From: a virus
Length of the DNA: 64,000 nt
Virus record (IMG/VR): IMGVR_UViG_3300025626_002025
Strand: one strand, 5' to 3'
A program made the position numbers and the translations under genes. Shown here in pieces: positions 11,001 to 17,766 of the stretch. The notes beneath the pieces were generated by a model that was given only the letters and a program-made list of their open reading frames with translations, ran no database searches and was not told the origin of the DNA. How positions within the stretch are numbered: position 1 is the first letter of the stretch; each line of letters starts with the position of its first letter.

Positions 11001-11016
11001 TGGAAAGTTCATTCAT
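5074..11016 (-). CDS. 1980-aa multidomain protein: HxGH nucleotidyltransferase + Zn ribbon + CCA-adding-type nucleotidyltransferase + HD phosphohydrolase + RNA-ligase-like domain
   Basis: GRFQPMHKGH...SGTEVR (N-terminal); CEKC...CHSC; GGAVRD/DFDLATD/RRDLTINAL/EDPLR/ERIRDEF; HPEG..HT/FHDIGK/GHE/HM; EKTDG/AARN/NLEVIY/LVFH/EGIVF/FKLTG (C-terminal). Confidence 0.88.
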   Translation of the reverse strand: MNELSKFLVESIMGDENPIKKTVVIYVGRFQPMHKGHYGTYQHLVKKFGKDNVYVGTSDKVQLPKSPFNFKEKVKIMTTMFGIPKSKIHRVKNPYKPTEILKKFDEETTAFVTVVGEKDKNRLGGKYFQPYKGDPSEGYRDRGYVYAAPMSGNSVSGTEVRNGLSVGSDEQKKNFFKKRAYGKFNATIFSMITDKLDEGIEISKEMIEEWLLNESSKMGSGQADDGPNFFFPNYDVFSKINVDRATRIGYEVIDMITTRDIEDFYDHPTYPNGPVKAVTPFPAGVLGTQTAANQVDIYSSDAYSKWFKHVTRKASMVGYELVKGLDTNKDIKDASLDSQKGDKKSQEEYEASLNENIVLPIKVGDTIMTGRFKNKKTVVKTIGKDEHGMPTINGRKVVTFRIVQEGLYSILEDDETFTATNKKSGKTSVFKTKDARDGAIKSGTHEKSSDNTDSDDSDKKDSKGIFKGKDGDSFRDSLPDNDPAKKDANTDKDGFATDIKIDIPTNVVSPSDIIKKRRDNTKKKIKEYFPKLKSEEKKYFSDVVKNPDAVKRSFIDKLKDKTKGAGKAIKDGLKHEYHEFKKAGGALKELGSGKKYKELEDDQKKALKLVGKSILITGAFAASGGVAGTVTGVAKLAGLTMAELVPHVAIETILKGVGRAAIFADEDQELEADLNKFSELIIKELENVEVSNEILSTALIKFTQSEEESVNEIAGTNIKCEKCNHSWDIESDDSEKYLCHSCGWDSQKQEYDFDAFDSWKEKMGLNESKNFKLKVPSDIVKLQKQFKKNGKKLYIVGGAVRDAILGKSPKDFDLATDAKPEETMKIGKDGGFKTSQDVGTGMGLGIVIVGGHEVATFRKDIGKGRRPDSVEYTDIEGDVKRRDLTINALFYDIERKEIVDLVGGIADLKKKNIRTVGNAVERFDEDPLRKLRALRFQSRMGGSLDKELLDALQKDPSLKSLPAERIRDEFVKSLKTSKDTKKYMELCDKIGFTSQILPNLKINKPYIKTTDYIVFLSVLLKKNSPALLGKLLNKLSYTNTEKNDIVFLVSLQYFKPEEVGVYKKLQQKTSLSDNQIVDFGKSIGKDMKKFVSFKLSVGGNDVPSDIKGAEIGLWIKNKERENFLNEMPMSDLQKIDKFADKQLNPVDTVLTGKHFFDRLNDPRNGKEISQAELIGFFKRLGKKKKDFVKFLNQYNQIVVKDNRTNLNIPFMKQANKLIAKTIMRKNDFKSSDAKYTIESEDLDERGKMRPADRLRRKAAMAGKSKEIARRRARTMKRRKPLSKLKKIAYKMAYRQVYAEFMEELYPGIKKADLSIAQTQVIHKNVVRKKGRVRKRAKFRFLPALRAKEVEKFEKKNEDVVDQAFLKAKPVKEGLKELGIKDFKSLFKKMPSDLQKRVYNLKNFGQRVDKHPEGNVLKHTIMVVNRSIKEDDIDIAIAAMFHDIGKDETAGIHPKKGHITHFGHEKVSASLVKKYKKFIESVDGNAANVFYIVKNHMRYKQLSDMRPAKQDKLKSFRAFDKLGKFSKHDKGGLGENKESKNMDSIEQIISDIDNKLVEMFLPNTKTPQQLIKENINESNLLQEGGAYGHMSHPFDTDINLTFGQLKDIVNRALEGTLEFTREKTDGQALAISWRDGRLVAARNKGHLKNRGENALDIKGVSDKFQGRGGLSDAYNYAMKDLSNAIKSLSDKQRDKVFKQGACFMNLEVIYPTSVNVIPYGQALLVFHGTMEFNMDGVAIGENGESARVLAGMIKQVNKDVQDNYTIQGPPIVKLPKSQDLSKKRSKYSSQISKLQKEFSLKDTDGVADYHQGWWSQWVDKNSPTSLDNKTKMGLVKRWAFMDKGFRLDKKNFSDEKTLEWAKKTDKEDQKKIGKKNLMKFEQIFLGLGAEVLEFTSSALTVNADSAVRDMKKRIDKTIKDVRKSGDPKKIEKLKLELGRLQSIGGSKKIVPNEGIVFLYKGNTFKLTGTFASVNQILGIFF

Positions 11017-11037
11017 ATCTGGTATACCTTATCAGTA

Positions 11038-11046
11038 TATAAATAT
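11038..11046 (-). promoter_or_regulatory. Putative late promoter motif ATATTTATA
   Basis: 21 nt upstream of the 1980-aa gene start. Confidence 0.65.
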
Positions 11047-11060
11047 GGAAGAAAAAATAA

Positions 11061-11201
11061 TTAATGGTTTTTGTAGATAAACGGGTCTCGTTTACGCAAT
11101 TCCTCTAATTTTTTCTTATATTGTTTTTTTAATTTTCTTCGAACATACCAACTTTTGATATAAACATAAGGAACAATAAATATTTTTTTTAAAAATGTCA
11201 T
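11061..11201 (-). CDS. Small 46-aa basic peptide (below ORF-track cutoff)
   Basis: MTFLKKIFIVPYVYIKSWYVRRKLKKQYKKKLEELRKRDPFIYKNH. It fills the gap directly after the last glycan-cluster gene, and the KKLEELRKRDPFIY ending resembles small peptides I recall from marine phages (not searched). Confidence 0.7.
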   Translation of the reverse strand: MTFLKKIFIVPYVYIKSWYVRRKLKKQYKKKLEELRKRDPFIYKNH

Positions 11202-11205
11202 AATT

Positions 11206-11754
11206 TTAATTTTTATAATACAATTCAGGATACTCTACTAATATATGTATTCCACCCTGAGATAATGCTCTTTCATATGCTGGTAAAATCTTTTCAGCAG
11301 TATCTAATTTTTCGATAGTACAATTCGTAACCATTTGTTTAAATGCATCTGTATAATCTGCCTTATGTTGATGACCTGGGTCTAATGGTTTATCTGAACC
11401 CTTACCAACTCTTACAATTACGTTTGGTTTCCATTCACCATCAGACATCGCTTCCAATTTATCTAAATGATTTATTAATTGATTAACTGCAAGAATAACA
11501 AAATCCCATCTTGGATAAAATGTAACAACTCGGTGACCGGTCATTGCCAATCCCATTGTCATTCCCATTTGGGTTTCTTCCATTACTGGAGTTTCTATCA
11601 TTCTTTCTTTTGGTAAACCTTCAATTGTTTTACTCATTGGGTTACCATAATAAACTATCTGTTGTCCGATGAATATTGTTTTTTCATCTTCCATTGTAAG
11701 TTTCATTGCTTCCGTTAACGCATCTAAATACGGTGTATATTCTGGACTACTCAT
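11206..11754 (-). CDS. ThDP-dependent enzyme, E1-beta/transketolase pyrimidine-binding domain only
   Basis: IGQ...ETPVMEETQMGMTMGLAMTG, NQLINH, GHQH motifs; the usual C-terminal domain is missing (182 aa). Confidence 0.88.
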   Translation of the reverse strand: MSSPEYTPYLDALTEAMKLTMEDEKTIFIGQQIVYYGNPMSKTIEGLPKERMIETPVMEETQMGMTMGLAMTGHRVVTFYPRWDFVILAVNQLINHLDKLEAMSDGEWKPNVIVRVGKGSDKPLDPGHQHKADYTDAFKQMVTNCTIEKLDTAEKILPAYERALSQGGIHILVEYPELYYKN

Positions 11755-12721
11755 TACTCATTGTTTTTTTATAATGTTCATATGTTTTTCTAATACCTTC
11801 TTCGAATCCGAGTTTTGGCAACAATCTGTGATGTGCTTGTTTACCTGTATTCATTTTTCTTTTAGGTTCTCCATTGGGTTTACTTGTATCCCAATTGATT
11901 TTAATATCTTTACCACTAACCTTACATACCGTTTCAATCATTTCTTTAATTGTTATCTCAACACCACTTCCGATATTTACAATCTCACAATGTAATCTTT
12001 GTTCAGTAGCACTTAAACACGCTTCAGCAACATCTTCGGCATATACATAATCTCGAATTGGTGTACCATCTCCCCATGCTTCAATTTCACCATCCGATTC
12101 AAATACTTTTTTAATTGTTGCAGGTATTGCCATTGCATTTTCACCAAAGTTATCATATTCTCCAAAAATATTAGAAGGTCTCAAAATAGTCCAATTTATA
12201 AAACCATATTGTCTTTTATACGCCTCAAGTATTAATTCCGGAATTCTCTTACTCCATGCTGGATACCAATCGTGTTTTGATGGTAGTGTACTCCAAACCG
12301 TATCTTCTACAAATTCTTCAGCTGATGCATAAACACCTACCGATGAAAGAAAATTTATATACACACTATGGTGTTGACAATTTTTTATTAAGTTTATGTT
12401 TGCAGTTATAGATGGAACTAGAAAATCAACAGGATTAGATTCAGCTGTTTTTGGTGTTCCTTTTATTCCAAAGCAATTTATAACATCGTTTAAATTGTAA
12501 ATTTCAAATAAAGAACTTACTTTCCAATAATCAGTTAAATCTATATTATGAAATATAAAACTATCACCATATTGGGTACAATCATATGTTGGTTCTTTTA
12601 TATCAACACCAACAACCAAGTGATTCTCAGAAGCAGCTTCTATTAATTTTTTTACAACATGATATCCTACTAACCCACTACATCCAGTAACAAGTGTTGT
12701 ATGTACTATTTCTTTTTTCAT
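11747..12721 (-). CDS. NAD(P)-dependent sugar epimerase/reductase (GDP-fucose-synthase-like extended SDR)
   Basis: TGCSGLVG Rossmann motif, WGDGTPIRDYVY, WDTSKPNG; the canonical YxxxK is altered (YPAWSK). Confidence 0.85.
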   Translation of the reverse strand: MKKEIVHTTLVTGCSGLVGYHVVKKLIEAASENHLVVGVDIKEPTYDCTQYGDSFIFHNIDLTDYWKVSSLFEIYNLNDVINCFGIKGTPKTAESNPVDFLVPSITANINLIKNCQHHSVYINFLSSVGVYASAEEFVEDTVWSTLPSKHDWYPAWSKRIPELILEAYKRQYGFINWTILRPSNIFGEYDNFGENAMAIPATIKKVFESDGEIEAWGDGTPIRDYVYAEDVAEACLSATEQRLHCEIVNIGSGVEITIKEMIETVCKVSGKDIKINWDTSKPNGEPKRKMNTGKQAHHRLLPKLGFEEGIRKTYEHYKKTMSNE

Positions 12722-12733
12722 TTTTTAATAATT

Positions 12734-13372
12734 TTAAAACACTACCCACTTACCTGTTCCGTAATGTGGATATTTTGATTCATACTTATAATATATTACA
12801 TCTTCTGGCAATTCTCTCTGAATACCATTCCAAGTATCTAATGTTGGGGTGTTTGTACTTACACCATTATCTTCTACAATAAAATGAAGAGGTAAATCAT
12901 AATTTCTTGCATACTTGTGAACTTCGTAAAAGATTCCACTTTCAAATGACATATCTCCTATAAAAACCCAAACCTTATCATTACTACCTTTAAGTTTAAG
13001 TGATTTTGCAACTCCCAATGCAATTGGTAAAGTACCAGTTACAATTGCAGATGCATAAAAATTAGATTCTTTATCTACGATAGTAATTGATTTACCATCA
13101 AGTATTTTTTGTTTTAGTTTTGATTCTTCTACACCATGTAAAAGTGCATGATAATGAGACCTCCAAGTTGAGAATACCCAATCTGTTGGAGATATTTTTT
13201 TGAACACTTCTATAAGTTGTTCTTCATTTCCATTTGATAGATGAATGGGTCCTGTAATTTCCCCACCTTCCCAATGTGAAATTATATCATCTTCAAATTG
13301 AATGAGTTCTTCTTTTGTGTAATTACCCGATTCCCATCTATCTTCGTGGTAATCTAAATTTTTAATTATCAT
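12734..13372 (-). CDS. ThDP-dependent enzyme, E1-alpha-like subunit (short)
   Basis: GPIHLSNGNE, STWRSHYH, ThDP-binding GD...EDN motif (IGDMSFESG...VEDNGVS). Confidence 0.9.
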   Translation of the reverse strand: MIIKNLDYHEDRWESGNYTKEELIQFEDDIISHWEGGEITGPIHLSNGNEEQLIEVFKKISPTDWVFSTWRSHYHALLHGVEESKLKQKILDGKSITIVDKESNFYASAIVTGTLPIALGVAKSLKLKGSNDKVWVFIGDMSFESGIFYEVHKYARNYDLPLHFIVEDNGVSTNTPTLDTWNGIQRELPEDVIYYKYESKYPHYGTGKWVVF

Positions 13373-14538
13373 ATAAAAATATTTTTAATATAGTCTAAAT
13401 CGTTTTTTTTATTAATAATTTCACAGACTATTTTGTTATTGTTTATAAATCTATCCTTAAACATTACATAAAAATCTTTAATAACATCAGGATTATTTTT
13501 TATTAGTTCTAGTTGTTTAAATATAAGTTTCATTCGAATCAAAGGGTCTTCTTCGGAATCATATGAATGGTCTATAATATCATCAAACATATCAAATCCA
13601 TATATTTTTCTTAATTCACTTAAGTGATTATGTGGTGCTACAAATATTGGCAACTGATAATAATAAAATGGTTTTAATGATTTTTCTGTAATGTGAATAA
13701 CATCCTCTGAAAAATCTGTTTCAGTTACAATATTAACATAACTATTTTTAAATGTAGTAACATTTATAATAGGAGAATCAATTTCATCAAATGTAAATTT
13801 TTCATTTTCATAAAAACTTAACTTTGAACCATTTTGTATTATTGAGTTATATGAATCAGTAAATGTTTTATATTCTGTTTCAATACTTTTTAGCAATCCA
13901 TCGTTATCATGTGATACACTAAAATCTACACACGAATAATCAACATCTTTTAATATATTATTTTCTTTTAATAAAACAATAGTTGCCAATCTATGACCAA
14001 CCATTTTATTATTATGACACATAAACAAAAAGTTTCTATCATCATCAGATGGTTCAATAAAATTTGTTTGTAAAAGATTTGAGTGTTCTATTGATTGATA
14101 AAATGGAAAATAAAAATTAATTTTACTTTTCATATCACTCAAATATTTTTTAATTTTATTATTGTTTACAAATAAATAAATTTTACTTGTATCAATATTA
14201 TTATTTAAACAATATTCATTAAAAGAAAATACTTCAGATTCCAAAAAACATTCATTTAAATGAAATATAAAAACCTTTAACCCTTTTTTAATATACTTCT
14301 GTAATATATCTGAAAATATGTTTTGGTTATCAACTGTAAGATTATTTAAATTAACTATTGGATAAATTACTTCATTAAAATCATCAACATTATTTTCCGA
14401 AACAAATTCTATATCGATTCCTATTCTTTCAAATATAGTAGATACTACTTCATTTCTATGTCCCAATTCATTTTGATTAAAAAAATATTGATGGGGTAAG
14501 AAACTTGATAATATACTATCCAATACTTTTACTTTCAT
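13369..14538 (-). CDS. Putative glycosyltransferase (GT10-like C-terminal motif), paralog 1
   Basis: IVTET...HITEKSLKPF...PIF...GFDMFDDIIDHSYD, shared with three paralogs in this cluster. Confidence 0.6.
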   Translation of the reverse strand: MKVKVLDSILSSFLPHQYFFNQNELGHRNEVVSTIFERIGIDIEFVSENNVDDFNEVIYPIVNLNNLTVDNQNIFSDILQKYIKKGLKVFIFHLNECFLESEVFSFNEYCLNNNIDTSKIYLFVNNNKIKKYLSDMKSKINFYFPFYQSIEHSNLLQTNFIEPSDDDRNFLFMCHNNKMVGHRLATIVLLKENNILKDVDYSCVDFSVSHDNDGLLKSIETEYKTFTDSYNSIIQNGSKLSFYENEKFTFDEIDSPIINVTTFKNSYVNIVTETDFSEDVIHITEKSLKPFYYYQLPIFVAPHNHLSELRKIYGFDMFDDIIDHSYDSEEDPLIRMKLIFKQLELIKNNPDVIKDFYVMFKDRFINNNKIVCEIINKKNDLDYIKNIFI

Positions 14539-15131
14539 GGAGTATCTCTTTTAGAAAGAAGTGGGTTTTGGCATGGCCATTCTATATTGAATTTAGGGTC
14601 ATTCCAAAATATTGTACCTTGGTCTTCTACATCATTATATACACCAGGATATGCAAGTTTATAATAAAATACAGAATTATCTTCCATTACATAATGTCCA
14701 TTTGCAAAACCAGGTGGTATTAATACTTGTGTTTGTGTCTGAGGTGATATTATATAAGTTTCCCAACTACCATATTGTGGATTGGTTACAATATTTCCAC
14801 CCCTCACATCAAGTACAACTAAATATATTTTTCCTGAAATACAACTTATTAATTTCCAAGTTTTATCATCGTAATGCATTCCTCGTAAAACACCTTCTTG
14901 TGATTTAGAATATCTATCGTGTTTAAAATCAACTCCATTTTCTCTCTCACCAACAGGTATCATTCTATCATAATAATCTTGATGATATAGTGTTGCTATT
15001 TCCCCCCTAAGTTCATGGTAAACAGCCGGTTGGATTATTTTTACTCCTCCAGTTAAAACCTTCGAGTTGTATATATGAATATCATTCCATGCTCTTTCTT
15101 TGTAGTAAATACTTCTATTAATCGATGCCAT
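14535..15131 (-). CDS. rmlC: dTDP-4-dehydrorhamnose 3,5-epimerase family (cupin)
   Basis: GVLRGMHY, KLISCISGKIY.VVLDVR, IPPGFANG, WNDP...IEWP...LSKRD. Confidence 0.92.
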   Translation of the reverse strand: MASINRSIYYKERAWNDIHIYNSKVLTGGVKIIQPAVYHELRGEIATLYHQDYYDRMIPVGERENGVDFKHDRYSKSQEGVLRGMHYDDKTWKLISCISGKIYLVVLDVRGGNIVTNPQYGSWETYIISPQTQTQVLIPPGFANGHYVMEDNSVFYYKLAYPGVYNDVEDQGTIFWNDPKFNIEWPCQNPLLSKRDTP

Positions 15132-15886
15132 TATAACTTATTTTTATTAATTATCGAAACACCTCTTTTTTGAACTACTTGAGTTGAACACTTATTTGCA
15201 AATTCAATAGATTCTTCGATGTTGTATGTATGTATATATTTAAATATTAAACCTGCTAAAAAACTATCTCCGGCACCAGCAACATCTTTAACACTAACTT
15301 CCTTTGTTGGATAATTTTTTCCTCCAAAATCACACCCATTCGGTCCTCTAGTAATAATTGTTTTGTTTTTTAACCATTCGTTATTATCTATCTTAGTTTT
15401 ACTTCTAAGATATTCATGATAATTTATTTTTATAAAGGAAATATTCTTACACCATTCTCCAAGTTTCTTTTTTGTATCCAAGAATGTTGGGCAATTACAT
15501 TTCGATGAAATTTCTAATATATCACTTTTTGATAAGAATCCTTTATTATAATCTGCAAATACCACTAAATCAAAATCATCTAGGTTTGGTAATTCTGTTA
15601 ATTTAAGGGGAGAAACTTTATCATTTTCATCTATTCGTAACAAAATGTAATTATAAGAGTTATCAACATACCTTATTTTTACTACTTCTTCTGAATTACA
15701 TATTAGTTGTGTATCTACATCTAGTGATTTTAAATTTAGTTCTACATTTTCTGCCATTCCTTTTGAGTAAACTTCTCTTAGTGGTTTTATGACAGGAACT
15801 GGTGCTTCTGGTGATAATCGTAAAACCTCACCATAAATAAAAACATCATCACAACTTTCTCCTATTACTAGTACCTTCATTACCAA
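15131..15886 (-). CDS. PfkB-family sugar kinase, HldE/RfaE kinase domain-like (heptose-7-phosphate kinase)
   Basis: VIGESCDDVFIYG...RLSPEAPVPV, DYNKG, DVAGAGDSF. Confidence 0.88.
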   Translation of the reverse strand: MVMKVLVIGESCDDVFIYGEVLRLSPEAPVPVIKPLREVYSKGMAENVELNLKSLDVDTQLICNSEEVVKIRYVDNSYNYILLRIDENDKVSPLKLTELPNLDDFDLVVFADYNKGFLSKSDILEISSKCNCPTFLDTKKKLGEWCKNISFIKINYHEYLRSKTKIDNNEWLKNKTIITRGPNGCDFGGKNYPTKEVSVKDVAGAGDSFLAGLIFKYIHTYNIEESIEFANKCSTQVVQKRGVSIINKNKL

Positions 15887-16281
15887 CTAATTTTCCAATC
15901 ATTAAACTCGGATGCAATACAATCTACTTTGTAATCTTTCCTACCACCATCAACTTCTTGTATTTTATTTTTTGCAGTATTTCGGATTCCATTCAATCCA
16001 TGTGTTAGCATTAATTGATTACCTACATTATCCCCACTTCTAGCATTATCTTCATTTACCCAGATATGAGTATTCATTTGAGCAAGTACAATTACTGCTC
16101 TAATAAAATCTCCATCAATTTTTAATTGTTTTGTTGTAGTTAATATTTCTGTAATATCATGTACAATTTCTTCAATCTCTTTTTGATATTCTTTTTTGTG
16201 TTGTGGTATTTTAACTTCTTTAAGTTGAACTATTGTTAGTCTATCTATTAGTTCCCCAAGAGTTGGTAGATATTTTCTCAT
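15880..16281 (-). CDS. Hypothetical helical protein typical of glycan clusters
   Basis: TLGELIDRLTIVQLK...N..IW..ED..R...N..R...KNKI pattern; coupled by overlaps to both neighbours. Confidence 0.6.
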   Translation of the reverse strand: MRKYLPTLGELIDRLTIVQLKEVKIPQHKKEYQKEIEEIVHDITEILTTTKQLKIDGDFIRAVIVLAQMNTHIWVNEDNARSGDNVGNQLMLTHGLNGIRNTAKNKIQEVDGGRKDYKVDCIASEFNDWKISW

Positions 16282-16919
16282 ATAACATATTTGGTATAAA
16301 TATTCTGTTTTCTTAAATCCCCATATTCTTCAGATGAACCACATGGTTCGTTAAATGGTTGTATTTTATCTGAATTGAATATTTTTAATCCATTATACGC
16401 TGCTTCTGGACTCATATACATATGCCAACCCACACATTCAAACTCATCTTCTTTATATAATCTATCCTTGTGTCTACCATCATAAATCATAGGTCTTGCC
16501 CATTCATTAAAATCATCTCTGTTTGTTAATATCATTCCACCTTGTCCAATATTTAATATTTTTTTTAAATGAAATGATAAAATCATAAATTTATCTTCAT
16601 ATCCTCTACCCATTCCTTCATAGAATGCAGTTGCAGAATCAATGATACTTGTATCTCCAATTGGATACAATCCTTTCCATTTTATATCTCTAAATTTAGG
16701 TCTGTTACCACTTAAGATAATTTGGTTTGGAACGGATACATAGGTATTTGCTGGTATCTCAATATCAGTATCAACAATATCTAAATAATGTAGAACCAAT
16801 CTTATTGCATTTGAATTGGAATCACACGCAATACCATATCTGTAACCAGTATAGTTTGCAACCTCATCTTCAAATCGTGTTACCCAATCCCATGGGTCAT
16901 TTATATTATAATCTTTCAT
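16278..16919 (-). CDS. DegT/DnrJ/EryC1/StrS-type PLP sugar aminotransferase (compact)
   Basis: FEDEVANYTG, P.NTY.SVP, IIDSA, SFHLKK.L..GQGGMILT (PLP lysine). Confidence 0.88.
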   Translation of the reverse strand: MKDYNINDPWDWVTRFEDEVANYTGYRYGIACDSNSNAIRLVLHYLDIVDTDIEIPANTYVSVPNQIILSGNRPKFRDIKWKGLYPIGDTSIIDSATAFYEGMGRGYEDKFMILSFHLKKILNIGQGGMILTNRDDFNEWARPMIYDGRHKDRLYKEDEFECVGWHMYMSPEAAYNGLKIFNSDKIQPFNEPCGSSEEYGDLRKQNIYTKYVI

Positions 16920-16947
16920 ATATTTGTATGTTTCATTTTCACTATCA

Positions 16948-16972
16948 TAGCTAACTGATAATCAGATAGTTA
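16948..16972. promoter_or_regulatory. Imperfect 25-bp palindrome (operator-like)
   Basis: TAGCTAACTGAT-A-ATCAGATAGTTA with 10/12 arm match, in the 66-bp gap between the oxygenase and aminotransferase genes. Confidence 0.4.
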
Positions 16973-16985
16973 TACAATTTAACAT

Positions 16986-17765
16986 TTATTGTTTTTTGTA
17001 TCCATAATCTTCTCCACCCTTTCCTACAAAGTGCCCATCCCAACTCTCTTCTTCATGCAATTTGTGATGCTCATACTCATTTGTTTTATAGGTACTTCTA
17101 TGTGGTGGATTATCTTTATCATATTCTGATGTTGATATATAATAGAAAAATCTAATAGCACATCTTGGTATATCATTCGGTGCATTTACTGCACTTACTC
17201 TATGATACGGACCATGTTTAATATTTTCATTAATAACCAATCGATTAAATTTTGGTGAAATGGATTCTATTAGATTTGAGTTAGGGTTAGTATCTATATT
17301 ATCATCATAATACTGAATATGTCCTCCCCATTTAGTTTTCCAATCTGGCGTAATGTATAATAGTGTAGTTAGTTTTCTATGTAGTCTGATTCTATCGTTC
17401 CAATTGAAATCATAATGACAACCCAAGTCCTTTCCATTTCTAATAATAGAATAACCTCCACCAACTAAGTGAGGGTCTGGTAGCAATCCTATAACACCTG
17501 TCATTTGTTCTAACTCATATAGAAATTCACCACTATGCATTATATCATAAGTAACCCTATGTGCAGTTGGTAATGAAATTAAATCATTAAATTCTTCCAT
17601 ACGAGAACCAGCACGAGTAAATACTGTCCAACCTCCCTTTGGTGCATTAATACACTCTTCGTAAAGTTTGTATACCGTTTCTTCATCTAAAAAGTTATCG
17701 ATTTTAGTTTTACCAAATCCATATTCTTTTTTACTATGTTCCCAATCGTATTTTTTATTTATCAT
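16986..17765 (-). CDS. 2OG-Fe(II) oxygenase
   Basis: HxD (HYD)...H (YHRV)...R facial triad; PDPHLVGGG and WGG motifs. Confidence 0.9.
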   Translation of the reverse strand: MINKKYDWEHSKKEYGFGKTKIDNFLDEETVYKLYEECINAPKGGWTVFTRAGSRMEEFNDLISLPTAHRVTYDIMHSGEFLYELEQMTGVIGLLPDPHLVGGGYSIIRNGKDLGCHYDFNWNDRIRLHRKLTTLLYITPDWKTKWGGHIQYYDDNIDTNPNSNLIESISPKFNRLVINENIKHGPYHRVSAVNAPNDIPRCAIRFFYYISTSEYDKDNPPHRSTYKTNEYEHHKLHEEESWDGHFVGKGGEDYGYKKQ

Positions 17766-17766
17766 A

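Noticed and set aside
11206-13372. Pyruvate dehydrogenase as an energy-metabolism auxiliary gene
   Set aside because: Both subunits are truncated, there is no E2/E3 in the window, and the genes are interleaved with nucleotide-sugar enzymes.
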